A stretch of 64,000 bases of DNA from Eledone cirrhosa (Eukaryota): NCBI GenBank assembly GCA_964016885.1, contig OZ024754.1, forward strand, positions 12,028,001 through 12,092,000, written 5' to 3'. Every line of letters starts with the position of its first letter. Position 1 is the first letter of the stretch. Below are positions 58,897 through 64,000 of the stretch, in pieces. Under the pieces are notes generated by a model that saw only the letters and a program-made list of their open reading frames with translations, made no database searches and had not been told where the DNA came from. The translations under genes were made by a program, and so were the position numbers.

Positions 58897-59544
58897 GCGC
58901 GCGCGTACACACACACACACACACAGATACACATATACACACACACGTATACATACACACACACATATACATACACACACATACTCATACACACATATAT
59001 ACACACACATACTCATACACACACACCTACACATACACACGCATACACACATACGCACACACACAGACGCACACACATACATACACACACACATACACAC
59101 GCACAGACACACATACACACACACACACACAGACACACAGACGCACACACATAACACATACACACACGCACACGCATACACATAGACACACACAGACAGA
59201 TACACACACATACACACGCATACATACACACACATACATACACACACACACATACATACACACACATACATACACACACACATACACACACATACATACA
59301 CACACATACATACACACACATACACACATACACACACATACATACACACACATACATACACACACATACACACATACATATACACATACTTACACGATGA
59401 GCTTTTGATTCCAGAGTCTGGCCAGATCGATAAAGATCGAACCTTGAGCTGATCAATCGCGAAACGCGCGTCACTACTCAGTAAACGTCACGAAGACCTA
59501 ACACTTCGGCCTTTTTATCATTTTAGTTGTAGTATGTAGGGCGT

Positions 59545-59750
59545 GGGCTGGCAGAATCTGCAGAGCGTCGGACACCATGCTTTGCAGCATAGAGTTACGG
59601 TCCTTTACGGTCTGAGTTCAAATCCCGCCTAGGTTAACTTTGCCTTTCATCCTTACGGGGTTGATAAAATAAAGTACCAGTAATGCACTGGGTGGAGTTA
59701 ATCGACTTTCCCCAAAATTACTGGCCTTGTGCCTTTACTAGAAATCATTA
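59545..59750 (+). mobile_element. SINE family 1
   Basis: A/B boxes and gcctttcatccttacgggg core. Confidence 0.8.
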
Positions 59751-59760
59751 TTTTAGTTCT

Positions 59761-59863
<103 letters not shown>

Positions 59864-60133
59864 ATGCTTTGGGAGGGTCATGTTGCCAATAAGAAACACA
59901 CGCACCAGTTGCTTTCACTCCAATTTATTATAAATTAAATTTATAAATTTAAGAATTTATAAATTTACGGTTGGTTGGTTCCTTAACCGGACGGTTGTTC
60001 ATATATTGTCAAAGTTCTTTCGTCACACATTCTGTGACCTCTTCAGTGACTGGGGATTCTTTTCTTTGTTTTGTGCCTCTCCTTTGTTCTGTCCTACGCC
60101 ATCTTGTTTTTGTGTGTGAACACATTTCAGAAA

Positions 60134-60167
<34 letters not shown>

Positions 60168-60604
60168 GATCATATATATAAAGGATCGATCGACTTTCGT
60201 CAAATCGGACCGAGGAAACAATGTTTCCGTTGGTCCTTCCAGTTGCTAATACTATCTATCGGTCGCAACTCCAGTTAGAAGGAACAACGTGAAATAAAGT
60301 GTCTTGCTATATATATATATATATTATATTAGTGTGTGTGTACATATGTGTGTGCATGTATGTATATACGTATGTATAGATATGTATATATATATATACA
60401 AATATATATATATGTATATATATGTATATATATATATACAAATATGTATATATGTATATATATGTATATATATATATATATACAAATATGTATATATATA
60501 TATATATATATTGGTAAACGGAAAAGAAAATGCTGACAAATTGTTCTCAGTGAAAAATATATCATAACTCGTGTGTTACACCTCTATTCTTTTAAATATA
60601 TATT

Positions 60605-60636
60605 ACCTGAAGAAGGGCTTATGCCCGAAACGTCGT
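60605..60636 (+). ncRNA. Minimal hammerhead ribozyme (inverted copy at 62203-62234 -)
   Basis: ac-CTGAAGA-a-GGGC-ttat-GCCC-GAAAC-GTC-gt; stem I very short. Confidence 0.7.
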
Positions 60637-60722
60637 TCCCCACCACCACCCCACTCTCAAGAGCGTGAAATTAATAAACATTTGTTGTACTGCCTCTCTG
60701 TTTTGTTCCTGTTCAATTTTTC

Positions 60723-60803
<81 letters not shown>

Positions 60804-61001
60804 TGTTACATATACATTTTTGTGTATGCATATGCGTGTGTACACCGTTTGTGTGTAAGCATATGTGTTCGTGCGTGTATGTGTGTGTATGTTTGTAAAT
60901 GTATGTAATGTGGTAGTTGATATGTATACATTGATATGGCGCGTGGTGATGTTTATATATATATATATATACATCCATACATACATATATATATACATAT
61001 G

Positions 61002-61046
<45 letters not shown>

Positions 61047-61065
61047 ATATTTATATATACATATG

Positions 61066-61105
<40 letters not shown>

Positions 61106-61111
61106 CATATG

Positions 61112-61151
<40 letters not shown>

Positions 61152-61197
61152 CATATGTATGTATATATATATATATATTTATATATACATATGCATG

Positions 61198-61233
<36 letters not shown>

Positions 61234-61268
61234 CATATGTATATATATATATATATATTTATATATAC

Positions 61269-61368
<100 letters not shown>

Positions 61369-61442
61369 ATTCCAAGCGTTTAACTAATATATTTCTTCCA
61401 TATATTATGCCGTTTGTTTTATTTCTGTTTACCTTTTACACA

Positions 61443-61538
<96 letters not shown>

Positions 61539-61792
61539 ACAACAAAAAAGGTGTGCTAAGATACCATGTGGACCATAACGCACCAGAGTACTCAATACTT
61601 AGAGTAGTAGAGTGGGTCACAGGAAAGGTTCTAGCTTTCGAAATGGTCGGAGCTCAGCCGCCGGGGTCCTTACCCTTTTCCTATATATCTATATATAACA
61701 ACACAATCGGTACAGTATAATATGGAAGGAATATATTAGGTTAACGCTTGAAATAAGAGGGCCTTAACATTTCGGATATATATATATGTATA

Positions 61793-61837
<45 letters not shown>

Positions 61838-61839
<2 letters not shown>

Positions 61840-61977
61840 TATTTCTGAAGACAGCATATATATATGTGATGGTATGTATATTCTCCTTGATAGTTTGTAT
61901 AATTTTGTACATAGATCTTTTGAATATGCATGCCAATTCTAACACATATATGTCCTAGAAACGATCGTAAAATAATG
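61838..61977 (+). ncRNA. Diverged copy of the long-stem-II hammerhead
   Basis: attattt-CTGAAGA-[hairpin]-GAAA-CGATCG-TA-aaataat; homologous to 21374-21528. Confidence 0.65.
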
Positions 61978-62066
61978 AACTTTTTTTGTTTAATATAAGG
62001 AACTGTTTCTTTGTTTTATTCATTATTTTTTTAATATTTTATATATATATGTATATATATATAGAC

Positions 62067-62107
<41 letters not shown>

Positions 62108-62370
62108 GTGAAAAATTGAACGGGAACAAAACAGAGAGGCAGTACGAACAAAGGTTTATTAGTTTCACGCTTTTGAGAGTGGGGTGGTGGTGGAGGTGGG
62201 GAACGACGTTTCGGGCATAAGCCCTTCTTCAGGTGAAAAGTGTGTGGGAAGAGAGTTCAAAGGGTGTGTAGGGCAGTGGTGGAGAGACATATAGCAAAAA
62301 GGGGGTGAGAGGAAACGGTGCAAATGAAATTAAAAATAAAGGCATATATATATATATATATATATATGGC

Positions 62371-62403
<33 letters not shown>

Positions 62404-62419
62404 GTGGCTTTATATATAT

Positions 62420-62450
<31 letters not shown>

Positions 62451-62700
62451 ACGTTTAACGTCCGTGTTCCACGCTTGCATGGGTTTGGACGGGGGTAGTC
62501 CCACTTGAGGCAAGAGTGATTGTCTTGCTCGCATAGGACTGTATGGCAGGTTTTCTACGGCTGGATGCCCTTCCTAACACCAACCACATTTACAGTGTGG
62601 GTCTGGGAGGTTTTTACCGTGTTGCCTACACGGCCACATTACAGCGTGGACTGTGTGTTTTTTTGTCGTGACACCTACACGATCTCATTTGTTTCGGCCT
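62420..62700 (-). mobile_element. SINE-like retroposon 3' part with (ATG)n tail
   Basis: Minus strand ggttggtgttaggaagggcatccagccgtagaaa core and (CAT)n tract at the left end. Confidence 0.55.
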
Positions 62701-62812
62701 GGATGGCGCGGCACCAACATAACTTTACATAGAACGGGGTGGTGTGGATGGGGTGGGGGTGGTGGCGGGACGGGGTGTATTTTGTTAGAGATGCCTACTG
62801 GCAAGGCGGGTC

Positions 62813-62859
<47 letters not shown>

Positions 62860-63019
62860 GACACGTAACTCCTGTAGGATTCATAGAGCGCAATATTGAC
62901 ATACGGCTTTCTTAGGGCAGTTTTAAAAGTTGGCAGAACCCAGGCCTAGGTACAGCAGAATTGTTCCAGAGGAAGATACAGAGTGAGAGATCGGAAGTGA
63001 GAAAATGATGTAGAGGAAG

Positions 63020-63170
63020 AATCTACCCCAGTAGTAGGCTGGTACTTTTTTTTATCGACATCGAATGGATATGGAAAGCAAAGTTGACCTCGGTGGGATT
63101 TGAACTCAGAGATGAGAGAGCTGGAACAAATAGCATAAAGTATCGTATCTGATGTTCTAACTGGCCGCCT
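63020..63170 (-). mobile_element. Degenerate SINE family 1
   Basis: ctggtac..atcgac..caaagttgacctcgg..atttgaactcag. Confidence 0.7.
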
Positions 63171-63176
63171 TTTACA

Positions 63177-63218
<42 letters not shown>

Positions 63219-63905
63219 TACACACACACACACACACAGAGACCCACACTCACACACACACACACATACACATACATACACACATACATACACATACTCA
63301 CACACACACACACACACGCTCGCACTCACAAACACATATACATGTACATACTCACACACACACACACTCGCACTCACACACACACACACATATACATAGA
63401 CATACACACACACATACATACACATACTCACACACACACACACTCACACACACACACATTTACATAGACATACTCACACACACATACATAGACATACTCA
63501 CACACACACGCACACATACGCACATACACTCACACACACATATACATAGACATACTCACACACACATACACATACATAGACATACCCCCCCCCACACACT
63601 CACACACATATACATAGACATACGCACGCGCACACACGCACACACGCACATATACACACACATACATACATACACATACTCACACACACACATATATACA
63701 TATACATACTCACGCACACACACATGCGCACACGCACACATATATACATATGGTTGATTTGTGTGTACGTACCTGTGTGTGTGTGTACGTACCTGTGTAT
63801 GTGCGTGTGTGTGTAAATACTTTAGAACAATATATTTGTACCAACTTATATTCATGCATTGATGTTATGAGATTAGAAATATATATATATATATATATCT
63901 ATATC

Positions 63906-63982
<77 letters not shown>

Positions 63983-64000
63983 ATATATATATATATATAT

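Overview
AT-rich animal genomic DNA saturated with (TA)n/(CA)n microsatellites and transposable elements. The repeat content resembles an octopus/cephalopod-type genome (inference only). There is one 200-N gap at 29916-30115. Almost all ORFs in the supplied track are translated microsatellites. The only long real ORF is a 5'-truncated Penelope-like retroelement protein (RT + GIY-YIG endonuclease, Naiad-like motifs) at 19064-20686 (-). It sits inside a ~10.4-kb composite (11264-21715) bounded by ~0.9-kb inverted repeats. Each inverted arm carries a hammerhead ribozyme (HHR) with a ~116-nt stem II. Downstream of the ORF is a near-perfect 470-bp x ~6.9 tandem array in which every unit holds a complete minimal type I HHR on the strand opposite to the ORF. 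The rest of the window contains more than a dozen small fold-back elements embedded in (TA)n. Most carry full or partial HHR cores from several sequence families and share a GAGTGCT motif in a one-sided tail. Also present are tRNA-derived SINEs (one 5-copy tandem array), RTE-like LINE fragments, mariner/hAT/pogo-type MITEs, a mariner transposase relic, a Helitron-like element, a tRNA-like cassette inside an inverted repeat, and weak candidate host exons. All calls are by-eye readings of the sequence; no database search was run.
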